Shown here piece after piece: positions 15,201 to 27,060 of a DNA stretch of 64,000 nucleotides. Numbering within the stretch: position 1 is the stretch's first letter; each line of letters begins with the position of its first letter. Source of the stretch: Octopus vulgaris (Eukaryota); assembly GCA_951406725.2 (NCBI GenBank), contig OX597815.1, forward strand, positions 211,730,001-211,794,000, read 5' to 3'. The position numbers were made by a program, and so were the translations under genes. The notes beneath the pieces are model-generated. The model searched no databases. It was not told the origin of the DNA and was given only the letters and a program-made list of their open reading frames with translations.

Positions 15201-15957
15201 CGTTAGTGTCCAGAGAATTTTCGTTCTTTCGTCGTAGCCCAAACCTCTATCATATATAGATCACTGAATGAAGTTCATAAATCTTCTCTTTGGTAAGTAT
15301 TTTGTCCTACCCACTTTAAACAAAAATAAATTTGATTATTGTCACTGTGTCCACAAAGCATCATAACGAAACCTCGTTCAAATCGAGGGAAAGTCATCGA
15401 ATCATAGTTTATGCACGATCCTTTCCATAGCAAATTATCTATCCACTTATACCGGCAAACTATTTCATCGAAAGACTGATAACGTTTTATTATTTCGATC
15501 AATAATACTTCAAGAACAACCTAGTACCAAATCTTGTTTGTGAGTGCGTTGATAAAGATAACTTGACTGGGTGGTTGGCTCCGTTCTTTCTATTCTCTTA
15601 CCAGTAATTGATTTCTGCATGGAACAAAATTCTTCTATATGCAAACACGCACACACACACTCGTACATACAAATATATAAAACAAAAGCACGCGCGTACA
15701 GGCACAGAAAGGCCCTCACACATACACACACACAATCTTTAGCCTTATTGCCTTAAAAAAAGACACGCTATTTAATGTTTCAGGGCCACTCTGTGCCTGC
15801 GACAAAACTTAGAACATTCTGATTCTTCTTGTTCTTTATAAAAACTTTATCGCTTTCATAACAACCGCTAACAATACGATTGTGGTGGTTCATACGACTG
15901 AAATGTTCTAAACAGATACAGTCAGCCTGGTATATTAATAACCATTTGCCTATACTC

Positions 15958-16376
15958 TCTCTTTACTCTTTTACTCTTTTACTTGTTTCAGTCATTTGAC
16001 TGCGGCCATGCTGGAGCACCACCTTTAATCGAGCAACTCGACCCCGGGACTTATTCTTTGTAAGCCCAGTACTTATTCTATCAGTCTCTTTTGCCGAACC
16101 GCTAAGTAACGGGGACGTAAATACACCAGCATCGGTTGTCAAGCAATGCTAGGGGGGACAAACACAGACACACAAACACACACACACACATATATATATA
16201 TACATATATACGACGGGCTTCTTTCAGTTTCCGTCTACCAAATCCACTCAAAAGGCTTTGGTCGGCCCGAGGCTATAGTAGAAGACACTTGCCCAAGGTG
16301 CCACACAGTGGGACTGAACCCGGAACCATGTGGTTGGTAAGCAAGCTACTTACTACACAGCCAATCCTACGCCTAT
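15958..16376 (-). mobile_element. SINE family 2, full copy
   Basis: tRNA-like head GGCTGTGTAGTAAG...GGTTCAGTCC, CCTTGGGCAAGT block, internal (TA/TG) tract, 3' tail CATGGCCGCAGTCAAATGACTGAAAC plus (GTAAAAGA)n. Confidence 0.92.
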
Positions 16377-16439
16377 ACTTCATATAAAATCACAAACTGT
16401 CTCGTCAAGTGAAATTTATAATTAATTTATACCCATTCC

Positions 16440-17352
16440 AATATGCAGCCCCAGCAAAAAGAAGAAAATTGAAAGTTATAGCAGAAGCCAAGAGTTCGAG
16501 CAATTGAGCTGCTGCTAGAACATTCGATGTTACCGAGAAGATTGGTAGGAGATTGGAGAAAGAATAAGGGGGAAATTAAGACAAATGCACAAATAAAAAT
16601 GTGCAATGAGAAGAGGAAGCACTCGTTGGCAGAAGTTGGAAAACGATGTAGCAGGATGGGTACTCGAGCAGAAACAAGATGGCTACTTAGTAATACGAAA
16701 TAAAATAAAAACCTTATACCCTAAAATGGGCTAAATCATATAAAGAAGAAAGTAAAGATTTTAAAGCAACCTTAGGCTGCTGTAATCTTTTTATGGACAA
16801 AAAAAAAAATCTGGGTAATAAGGGAGAAAACAAAAACCTCCCCAAAACTCCTGAGAGATCTCGATCACAAAGTAACCAATTTTCATCAGTTCATCATCCA
16901 ACTGAGAAAAGGCATCAGTTTCCATTGTCTTATATTGGAAATATGGATGAGATTCCATTAAACTTTGACATGCTGAGTAACAAAACGGTGGATTTGAAAG
17001 GAGTAAAAACGGTGCACGTTGAAAGCAGAAGATATGAGAAAACAAGGTTTATGATGGTATTATCCTGCACGGCTGACAGTACAAAATTAAAACCCATGTT
17101 TATCTTTAAATTTAAAACGAAGCCCAAAATAGATTTTCCACCTGGAGTTTTTGTTCATTTTCACGAGAAAGGGTGGATGGATTAGAGGGGTGTAAAATTA
17201 TGGATTGAGAATATTTGGAAACGGCGGCCCAGTGGCATACGAAACGACCGCAGTTTATTGGCTTGGGATATGTTTCGTAGCCACGTAACGGCAAGTACTA
17301 AAACCCGGTTATCCAAAACCAATACTGATATTGCTGTTATTCCTGATGGTTT
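16440..17352 (+). mobile_element. pogo/Tigger-type transposase pseudogene
   Basis: HTH LKVIAEAKSSSN*AAARTFDV and DDE_1 motifs IGNMDEIPLNFDM, KLKPMFIFK, KGWMD, LLAWDMFRSH, IAVIPDGL; frameshifted and 3'-truncated. Confidence 0.88.
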
Positions 17353-17496
17353 GTATGCTGTTATTCCTCAGAGCTTCTATACATATATATATATAATAAT
17401 AATAATATTAAGGAATAAATCCAAATTTTTATGTATTGGCTTCTGTTTTTCACTGTTTGATTTGCCTAATAGTGGTTTTATCTCTAATTTAATATA

Positions 17497-17538
<42 letters not shown>

Positions 17539-18855
17539 CAGATTTGTTTGGATATATATATATATGTCGAGACAAATGTCAATACGTACATCCATCCATA
17601 CAGACAGACATGCAAACATACATATTCTGCTTTCATTTCTGTTTTCAAACGCGTGAAAGCGTACTCAATACATGTATTAAAGTTTAATAGGAAACAGGAC
17701 TGTAACTAAACACTGTAATCCATTAAAAAGGTAAAAAGGTGGATCAAAGGATCCTACCATTCATACCACCATACCACCATAGTGCTAGTCTATTGTGTAA
17801 ACAAAGAGATAAACCATCTAGGCTGGTATAAAAGGAAAGTTAAAGCGAATTGAAATGATTTCGTGTAGAAATATTTGCCTCGGTTAAGTAAACACAATGT
17901 TTGAGCAGATTCATTTATTTCAGTAAGAAAGAAAGAGAAATAGTGAGGTAGAGGGGAGACGGTAAAAATATATTTCGTCTCGAACAAATATGACCAGACC
18001 CAAGCGAAACGAAGAGCAAACAACGGTATCTCCAAATTAGAACGGGTACATAAAGAAATGAGATAGGGTACAGCAAGCAAACAAAAAAGCATAATACCAA
18101 TGCCCACAACGGAAACATCTCACCCAATACCTCAGACACTTTGCCATCCCTATCAGTAATTACAATAAAACATTTTACTGTTTCCTGGGTGCAGTTATTT
18201 TTTTCTTTTCTTTTCATTTATTGTTTTTTCATGTTGTTGTTGTTTTTGCTTTTTCTTTGTTTGTTTTTTTCATCTCCTCGCCGGATTTTTACAAATCCCC
18301 TTCATCTTCATAATCAAAATAAATTATGAGATTATTTCACCTAATTGTTGAACATAAATAATCTCAAGTAGGTTTCTTTCTTATGAATCACAGCGGTTTA
18401 AGATTTCCTAAACGGTTTCTTTTTTCCTTCCCGTCTTCCTCATTTTTTTTTCTTCTTCCTCTTCCCCTTCCTCTTCTTCTTCTTCTTCTTCTTCTTCTCC
18501 TCTTCTTCTTCTTCTTCTTCTTCTTCATTCGTCGTCAAGCTCTTGGTATGTTTGTTACTCATGGTATAAAAATGTGCAAAGGCAAACTGCGACCACCGGT
18601 CCTCAGGATAGTTACAAATCATTGTTGATTGGGATGGTTCCTGATTACACTGGGTGACAAGAGCGAGCGACTGAACCAAAATTTGTACTTTTTTATTTTC
18701 TTTTTGTTATTTTCAGAAAAAGGAAGAAGCTTTTCTGATATATAATAGATAAGAAAGCGACCGTGAAGGGAATATGAACTTGCCTTCATCATAATGAGCA
18801 ATATTTTGGCCATATTTCAGAACCTTACACACATACACATGATAGAGTTCCCTTC

Positions 18856-18892
18856 TTCTCTCCCTCTCTCCGCATCTCTTCCTCTCTTTCTA

Positions 18893-18936
<44 letters not shown>

Positions 18937-18970
18937 GAAAGAGAGGGGAGATGCGGAGAGAGGGAGAGAA
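18856..18970. repeat. Inverted repeat centred on (TA)n
   Basis: TTCTCTCCCTCTCTCCGCATCTC... on the left and GAGATGCGGAGAGAGGGAGAGAA on the right of a (TA)n tract. Confidence 0.85.
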
Positions 18971-18971
18971 C

Positions 18972-19038
<67 letters not shown>

Positions 19039-19039
19039 G

Positions 19040-19230
19040 TTAATCCAAACAAGAAAACACAAAAAAACACAACAACGCGAGCACGTGGAACAAATAAAGT
19101 ATTATTGGACGCTCAGGAAAGAAGGAAAGAAGGAGGGTTTAACGTTTCGAGCGAAATCTTCGTCGGAAACATAGGAGAAGGAAAGATCCAGAGAAGGGAA
19201 GACAGAGGAAAAAGATCGCCAACGGTACAC
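19040..19230 (-). mobile_element. Penelope-like terminal cassette, family A, with decayed hammerhead-like motif
   Basis: Close copy of 53571-53777; minus strand GTTT-CCGACGA-AGATTTCGCTC-GAAA-CG-TT-AAAC (19137-19170); flanked by (TA)n. Confidence 0.6.
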
Positions 19231-19465
19231 AATATATATATATATATATATATTCATACATATAAGTTCAACAAAAATTTAGATTCAGATGAATATGGTA
19301 CTTAAGTTGAGGCACCAGAATTTAGTACGGTATTATCCATAAAATTTCAAAATAAGGTGGTTAGATAGCTCTGATAACTTAATACTTTCTAAGTAGAAGG
19401 AAAGGCAGCATTTAGGCAAAATTATACGTGTCCATCTGTTTTAATTTAATTAAATTCTGTCTTTG

Positions 19466-19554
19466 TGCAGCTGAGGATTGTTCTGCATTTAAATAATTCA
19501 TGCAATGATTGCATTGTTCAATTAAATGGAGTTGCATGAAACGATCATACTGCA
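19466..19554 (+). ncRNA. Hammerhead ribozyme-like motif (type I, slightly decayed)
   Basis: TGCAG-CTGAGGA-[long hairpin incl. ATGCAA/TTGCAT]-GAAA-CGATCA-TA-CTGCA. Helix I extends to 8 bp (TTGTGCAG/CTGCATAA); helix III is one change from the palindrome ACGATCGT. Confidence 0.55.
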
Positions 19555-19601
19555 TAACCTCTGGATATCCTTGTTGCTTATTTTGATTATAATCACCTGA
19601 T

Positions 19602-19651
<50 letters not shown>

Positions 19652-19755
19652 GTATGTATACATATACACATATATATATGCATATATACATATACATATT
19701 TATATATATATATGTATACAAATATATACTTATATATCTCTATTTCTCTCTCTCT

Positions 19756-19809
<54 letters not shown>

Positions 19810-20038
19810 CGTTGCTATTTTGCACCCTCGTTTATTAATTTTACCTTTTTAGTTTTAATTGCTATACCCACCAATATTATAATGCATTTAATATATCGTA
19901 ATACATCAATATATTATTATATTTTGTATGATACTATACACTTTAACTGTTTTGAACTTTAGCGCTCGCTTTTCAACAGAGTGTTTTTTCATGATCGAAT
20001 GGAGGGCAGGTTATCTCTTTTACCTTGGAGTAATTGTA

Positions 20039-20100
20039 GAAACGTCTGATGAGAAACAAGATCTTGTTGATCAAATTTCGAAATCACGTGATAACATTTC
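20039..20100 (+). ncRNA. Type I hammerhead ribozyme with canonical core
   Basis: GAAACGT-CTGATGA-GAAA...TTTC-GAAA-TCACGTGA-TA-ACATTTC. All core nucleotides present, G-C at the base of helix II, palindromic helix III ATCACGTGAT, predicted cleavage after A20093. Confidence 0.75.
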
Positions 20101-20434
20101 ATCAAACTCCTTCTTTCTACGAGTGCATTGCGCCAATGAAAGATGTTGTGGCTTGCTGCTCGCAGTCCCGAGTAATTCATGAGCTTAGTGCTTTGTTGTG
20201 GCTGTTTGAGTAAAATTTTTGAGCCCATGTTTCTAGCTTGTGTTCTTGAGCAAAGCACTTCATTTCACGTTGCTCTTCGATCATTTCGTCAACTAATATG
20301 TGGCACGCTTCGATTTGATGGAGGGAGTGAGCTTATGTCTACACAAATATTTGATCACTATAAACAAATTATTTGTGTGGCTGTTCGACAAAAATTGCCG
20401 AACCCTCATATGTCGTGTAACGTCGTTAGAGTTC

Positions 20435-20612
<178 letters not shown>

Positions 20613-20629
20613 TATTAACCTCTTTTCCA

Positions 20630-21248
20630 CTCGTTTGTACAGACACACCTCGAATACTGCTGCCCCCTGTTGTCTCCCCATACCGAACAAATCATTTTGA
20701 AAACTGAATCAGCTCAGAGGTCATTCACAAAAAGAATTATGGACATGACCGATCTCGATAACTTGGGACGGCCTTAAAACATTGAAACTCTATTCTCTCC
20801 AGTGCTGCCGTGAGCGATACATCATTTGCACGATGTGGAGAATATACCACCAGCAATTGCTCAAACGACCTCAACATTAGCTTCAAAATTCATCCATGGT
20901 TAAAACCACGGGCCATACGGCCCCTACCCAATTCAGGATCACAACAGATAAATACAGTGCAACACAGTTTCTTTCACTCAACAGGCTCTGCCCTATTGAA
21001 CATTGTCCCGATACAGATCAAGGAGGAAAAGGATCACATTTCCTTTAAACGGAATTTGAACAAATTTCTTCAACGAACACCAGATAAGCCACTTCTATCT
21101 CGATACAACTCACTCAACAAGAACTCCCTACTCCAGTGGACCATGATATCACTAAACTTGACTTTAAAAGGACTTAAGTAATCCTAATGGATGGTGCTGT
21201 TATGTTAGACATGGCCTGGACCAATCTTTGGTCGAAACATATCTAAGT
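20630..21248 (+). mobile_element. Older CR1-group LINE 3' fragment
   Basis: CACCTCGAATACTGCTGCCCC (HLEYCCP), ISFKIHPWLKPRAIRP, FKRNLNKFLQRTPDKP and NKNSLLQW are homologous to the C-terminus of the 50500 ORF; 3' UTR GTTAGACATGGCCTGG is shared. Confidence 0.88.
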
Positions 21249-21386
21249 AATACACACACACACGCACGCACACACCCACATACATATATGTATAAGGAAC
21301 TATGGAAATATATATATATTATACATATAATATATAATATATATTATATATATATATACATAAACATATATGTCTGTGTGTCTGAA

Positions 21387-21389
<3 letters not shown>

Positions 21390-21438
<49 letters not shown>

Positions 21439-21602
21439 TACATATACATACATATACATACATATATACATATACATATATATACATATATACATATTAT
21501 ATATATATACATATACATACATATATACATATATATATACATATATACATATATATACATATATACATATATATACATATATACATATATATACATATAT
21601 AC

Positions 21603-21633
<31 letters not shown>

Positions 21634-21672
21634 CATACATATATATACATACATATATACATACATATATAC

Positions 21673-21731
<59 letters not shown>

Positions 21732-21841
21732 CATATATATACATACATATATACATATATATACATACATATATACATATATATACATACATATATATAC
21801 AAACATATATACATATATATACAAACATATATATATACATA

Positions 21842-21876
<35 letters not shown>

Positions 21877-21917
21877 CATAATATATATAAATATATATAT
21901 ATATACATATATACATA

Positions 21918-21950
<33 letters not shown>

Positions 21951-22022
21951 CATAATATATATAAATATATATATATATATATACATAATATATATAAAAA
22001 TATATATATATATATTACATAT
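21390..22022. repeat. (TA)n/(CATA)n microsatellite with higher-order CATAATATATATAAATATA units
   Basis: Direct reading. Confidence 0.95.
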
Positions 22023-22158
22023 ATGAAACTGTTTCTACTTTTCCACCCTTTTGTCTTCTTCCTGCTATTTATTCTGCACATTATATATGTCCCTATCATT
22101 GTTTTCTTTCCGTTTTGTTAGGCACGAATGCCAAAAATAACACACACATGCACATACT

Positions 22159-22189
<31 letters not shown>

Positions 22190-22579
22190 GCTCACACACA
22201 TACATGGTTACAAAGTAACATACGCTTAAACTAATACACACGCGTACGCTAAGCGCGCGCACAAACACACACACACGCGAATACACACACATTCACGACC
22301 AGATTTACACATGATGAGACTCCAAGCAATGGGATCCTCTCGATAGAAGCCCTATTTGGCAATTGTTAAGAGTGACTAGGTGTGCGTAATAAGTGAACTT
22401 GGCAAGACTGCCGGCTGGCAAGATAGCTAACCAAAGCTTATGGAGTATGAATGTGAGAAGACAGTTTGCTCCTCTAAAATTGTCGAAATGTCCTTTTATA
22501 CAATCTCAGAACACTTTACTATTAGTAAATAAGATAATCGAATTTAAGTTTCATTAAGGAAATTCATATTCAAGTATAA

Positions 22580-22790
22580 TAATCTTTTCTACTATAGGCA
22601 CAAGACCTGAAATTTTGGGGGAAGGGGAAAATCGATTACATCGACCCCAGTACTCAATTGGTACTTAATTTATCGACCCCGAAAGGATAAAAGGTAAAGT
22701 CGATGTCAGCGAAATTTGAACTCAGAACGTAGTGGCAGACGAAATACCGCCAAACGATTCTACTAACGATTCTGCCATCTCACCGCCTTA
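22580..22790 (-). mobile_element. SINE family 1 variant
   Basis: ATCGACCCCAGTACTCAATTGGTACTTAATTTATCGACCCCGAAAGGAT; alternative 3' tail. Confidence 0.8.
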
Positions 22791-22852
22791 TTCAAAAATA
22801 ATAATGAAACTCCATAGTCTTCTGGAAATAATACTAATGACTGATGATAATT

Positions 22853-22912
<60 letters not shown>

Positions 22913-22990
22913 TAAGTTTACATAAGTGTGTTTGTATATATATATTTAAATATATATACAGACATATGTGCAGATACACACACATATATA

Positions 22991-24041
22991 CAGGGTACAG
23001 TGAAGAAATTGTCGCCTAAATTATGCAAAATTGAAAATAACACTGACATCTCATTTTAACAGATATATTTACCAAAATTATATTAAAAAAATATCCCGAG
23101 ATACTAAAGAGTAAATTTATTCAATGAAATCGCCTTTGGCTTCAACCACGGCCGCTAAATTTAATACAACCATTAAAGGAAGGGGGGGGTCTCTCAACAT
23201 GGTCACGTTTTAATAACTAACACTATTCAAAATGTAAAAGGCGAAACACTGTAGCACTTCTCAAAAATTAGGAAAGCGTCTTCTACGAGAGTGTGAATTT
23301 CATCTAAAACTTGTGAACTTTAGGGAGCTTGTGAATATGAGTAGCTGGAAAAGTCGACTGAGCGTCAGACTAAATAATTTGTGTTGTTTGGTTACTTTCC
23401 TGTTTAAGTTGGTGAATGCCGCCATAGTTCTTGCCTTCAGTTCATCTTTGGTGTTACAAGGAGTTTTATTGATCCCACGCTCATCTGCGCCACACACATA
23501 ATAATCAAGAGTGCTGCAGTCTGGGGGGGTTAGGTGGCCAGACGTTAGGGGTGATGTGGTCGCAGAAATTGTCTGACAGTTATAAATGGGTTCTCCTGCT
23601 TGTGTGGCATGGTGCAGAGTCCTGTTGCCAGACATAGTCTTCCAGCAGCCCCCTCTCTTGGCCCAGGACAGCACTACCACCTCCAGGTACTTGATGTAAG
23701 CCTCCGTGTTGGCTGTGAGGCCGTGTGAGAAGATGAATGGGGGCATACCGTCATTAGTTGACTGGATGTTTGATTTTTATCACTCTCGGTACATGTCCTC
23801 AGATTGCACTGTCCTCAGATTGACACCTAAACACTGAAATGTCCGTACTGGAGCTTCCGACGCGAATGCCAAGCAGTACAGCATGGTCTTTCCAAACTAC
23901 TGGCTGAGTGAATAGCGTCATGATACTGTTTTTCTCACAAACGGTGCCCAACTGACCCTCCTATACTGTGTAGTTGACAAAATCAAAGACATGCGCGAAA
24001 ATAAAAATATAAAATGGCAACAATTTGCCCGTCACACCCTG
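22991..24041 (-). mobile_element. Tc1/mariner superfamily (maT/DD37D-like) element, internally deleted
   Basis: TA-flanked imperfect TIRs CAGGGT...AAATTGT(C/T)GCC; transposase motifs MPPFIF, WQQDSAPCH, WPP..PDCSTLDYYVCG and C-terminal AVVEAKGDFIE*. Confidence 0.85.
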
Positions 24042-24176
24042 TATATATATATGTATGTATGTATGTTTGTATGTATATATATATATGTATATACTTGTAT
24101 ATATAAGTGTGTACGTATATATATACTCATATATACACACACTTATATATAACGTATATACATATATGTATATACA

Positions 24177-24230
<54 letters not shown>

Positions 24231-24936
24231 TGCATATATATATATATACGCTTCTAATTAATCACCAAGTGTCGAAGCGCTGGTGATTGCCCTCAGCCCG
24301 GTTATGACTACTCCTATTATTTACCTTAAGTAGTGAACACCTGAGCTTGGCATCTCGCCAAGGCAAACACTTCAGCTTTTGTTTTCTCAACGAATTTTAT
24401 ATCTTTTGTTAACTTCTAATCATACACTCCTAAGTATTTCTACATTTCTTTATCCGCTTTTAACCTACTAAATCTTGATTCCATTCTTAATTTATCTTGA
24501 CACATCCTTCAATACATCCCAACTTCAAGAATCTTGAAAATATACTTTAATGCAAGCTCGGAAACCTAGTTATTATTGGTGTTTAACTACCAAGTAGCCC
24601 TGTTCGTTCTCCACTACGATTCGAATGCCATATCTTTGTTATCTCCTATCTCATTATTCAGTGTCATTCCTTTTGCTTGATTTTTGTTTTTCTAACTGTC
24701 GCAGATCGAGCCTTCACTGACAGACTTTTGACAACAATGGTTGACAACAGTTGTTGTTGTTGCTGGTGTTGCTGCAGTTATTTCACTGAATGAACAAAAG
24801 TACATAAAATTAAATTAGCCAATTAACCGATGCTATTTGGCTATATTCCTTTACATTCTGTATTTAAATCCTGCTTTAGCCGACTTCGTGTTTACACCAT
24901 CTGAGGCCGATAAAATAAGAACCGGTTAAGGTAGTA

Positions 24937-25208
24937 ACGGCCGCTAAATTTAATACAACCATTAAAGGAAGGGGAGGTCTCTCAACATGGTCACGTTTCA
25001 ATAACTAAGACTATTCAAAAAGTAAAAGGTGAAACGCTGTAGCACTTCTCAAAACTTAGGAAAGCGTCTTCTACGTGAGTGTGAATTTCATCTAAAACTT
25101 GTGAATGAGATTTGTTGGGCAGAAACTTTAGGAGCTTGTGAATATGAGTAACTGGAAAAGTCGACTGAGCGTCAGACTAAATAATTTGTGTTGTTTGGTT
25201 ACTTTCCT
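24937..25208 (+). repeat. Second copy of the ~260-bp segment inserted at 23148-23401
   Basis: Direct repeat with high identity; the 23148 copy lacks about 18 internal bp. Confidence 0.9.
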
Positions 25209-25639
25209 TTAAATTTTAAGTTCAGATCCTATTTAGGTGCACCTTAATTTTTCACTTTCTCAATTCATTCAAATAAATGCCAGTGAAAAATAAGAGTAGG
25301 CACTTAGACTGATCCTTTTCACCAGAAATGCTCACTGTCATCTTGAACTTGCAGCCTGCTTATGTTTTCATTGAATACCAATAACAAGTTAGGGTTGAGT
25401 ATGAAAATGAAAGATACCGCAATAATATGGAGGGGCCTGAAAGACTTGTGAATAATTCAGCTCTTTCACAAGCCCGAAATAAACTTGCTGACTTTAAAGA
25501 TTATGTAATATATGCTGTTATTGTTTGGCTCCAGGTGAACTCTCAGCGAGCAAATCTCTAACCACACCAATCACTCGTTTTATGAGTATAATATAGAACT
25601 ACATTATCTGATATAGCAGACAATGAGTATAAAAGTAAG

Positions 25640-25800
25640 AAACACTGAAGGGGCATGTTTTGACATGAGGTTTATTAGTTGAATGCTTAAAAGAAGGAAA
25701 AACCATTAGACGTTTCGGACGACAGTCCTTCACCAGAAAAATTAAAAGAATGAGAAAAGACGAAATGTAGAGGAAAAGAAAAATTAGGAGAAAGGTGTTA
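25640..25800 (-). mobile_element. Old Penelope-like terminal cassette with hammerhead-like motif
   Basis: Minus strand CTGGTGA-A-GGAC-TGTC-GTCC-GAAA-CG-TC (25709-25736), followed by a pyrimidine tract and AATAAA; same layout as family A. Confidence 0.45.
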
Positions 25801-26548
25801 GGGACCTGGTAGGGAAAACGGTTCTTCGGGAGAGTTACGAAGGGAGGAGGAGGTGAAATAGTATGTGCATGAAGAGAAGAGTATCCGTATTTAGAGATGG
25901 TTACAAGGGACAGTGTATTTGTGTATGGTGTTATGAAGTGTATGTGCTTTCCTGGAGTTGTGTGTTTCCTTATTTAAGTTATTAGGGTGTCATCTGAGGG
26001 AAATCTGGTTAGTGTTACTAACAGAAGAAGCGACCATATACAGTTTCATTTATTAGTTCATTATGTTTTTCATACGATAATTATATGCAAAAATCATTGT
26101 ATTGAATTTCTATAGTAGTTTTTCGAATCTTATCAGATTTACTTAACTGTTGTTAACAGTACTAACTATCGTTGACATCTTAGAATATTTATGCTTGTGT
26201 GTGTGTGTGTGTGCATGCGTATGTTTGGGAGCGTGTGTGCGTGCGCGCGAGCGCGTGTTCGTGATTGGTTTGGAGAAAGGAAAAGTGATAGACAGACAAG
26301 TATAGAGATTTACAGACAAAAATACAAAGGATCAGACGGGTGGAGAGACATTCGGTTGGATGCAAATATAAATAGATGAACGTACAAGAATCCATTTGCA
26401 ATTTATGCGTGTGTGTATGTGTATGTGTGCGTATTTATGTATGCATGTAGAAGAGAGAAAAAATAGGGCAGAGAGAGTCAGGGAGGAAATGATGGATAGA
26501 TAGATAAATCAGGGAGACAGACGTGCGGATGGGCGGACGGATGAACGC

Positions 26549-26585
26549 ATATATATACATATACATATATATACATATACATATA

Positions 26586-26617
<32 letters not shown>

Positions 26618-26708
26618 CATATATATATATACATATACATATATATATACATATACATATATATATACATATATATATATACATATACATATATATACAC
26701 ATATATAC

Positions 26709-26740
<32 letters not shown>

Positions 26741-26808
26741 ACATATATATATATATACATATATATATACATATACATATATATACATATACATATATAT
26801 ACATATAC

Positions 26809-26839
<31 letters not shown>

Positions 26840-26959
26840 CATATATATACATATATATATACATATATATATACATATATATATATACATATATATATAC
26901 ATATATATATACATATATACATATATACATATATATATACATACATATATATATACATG

Positions 26960-27013
<54 letters not shown>

Positions 27014-27060
27014 CACGTATATATACACACATACATACATACACATATGTATGTATGTAT
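26549..27060. repeat. (TA)n/(CATATA)n microsatellite
   Basis: Direct reading. Confidence 0.97.
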
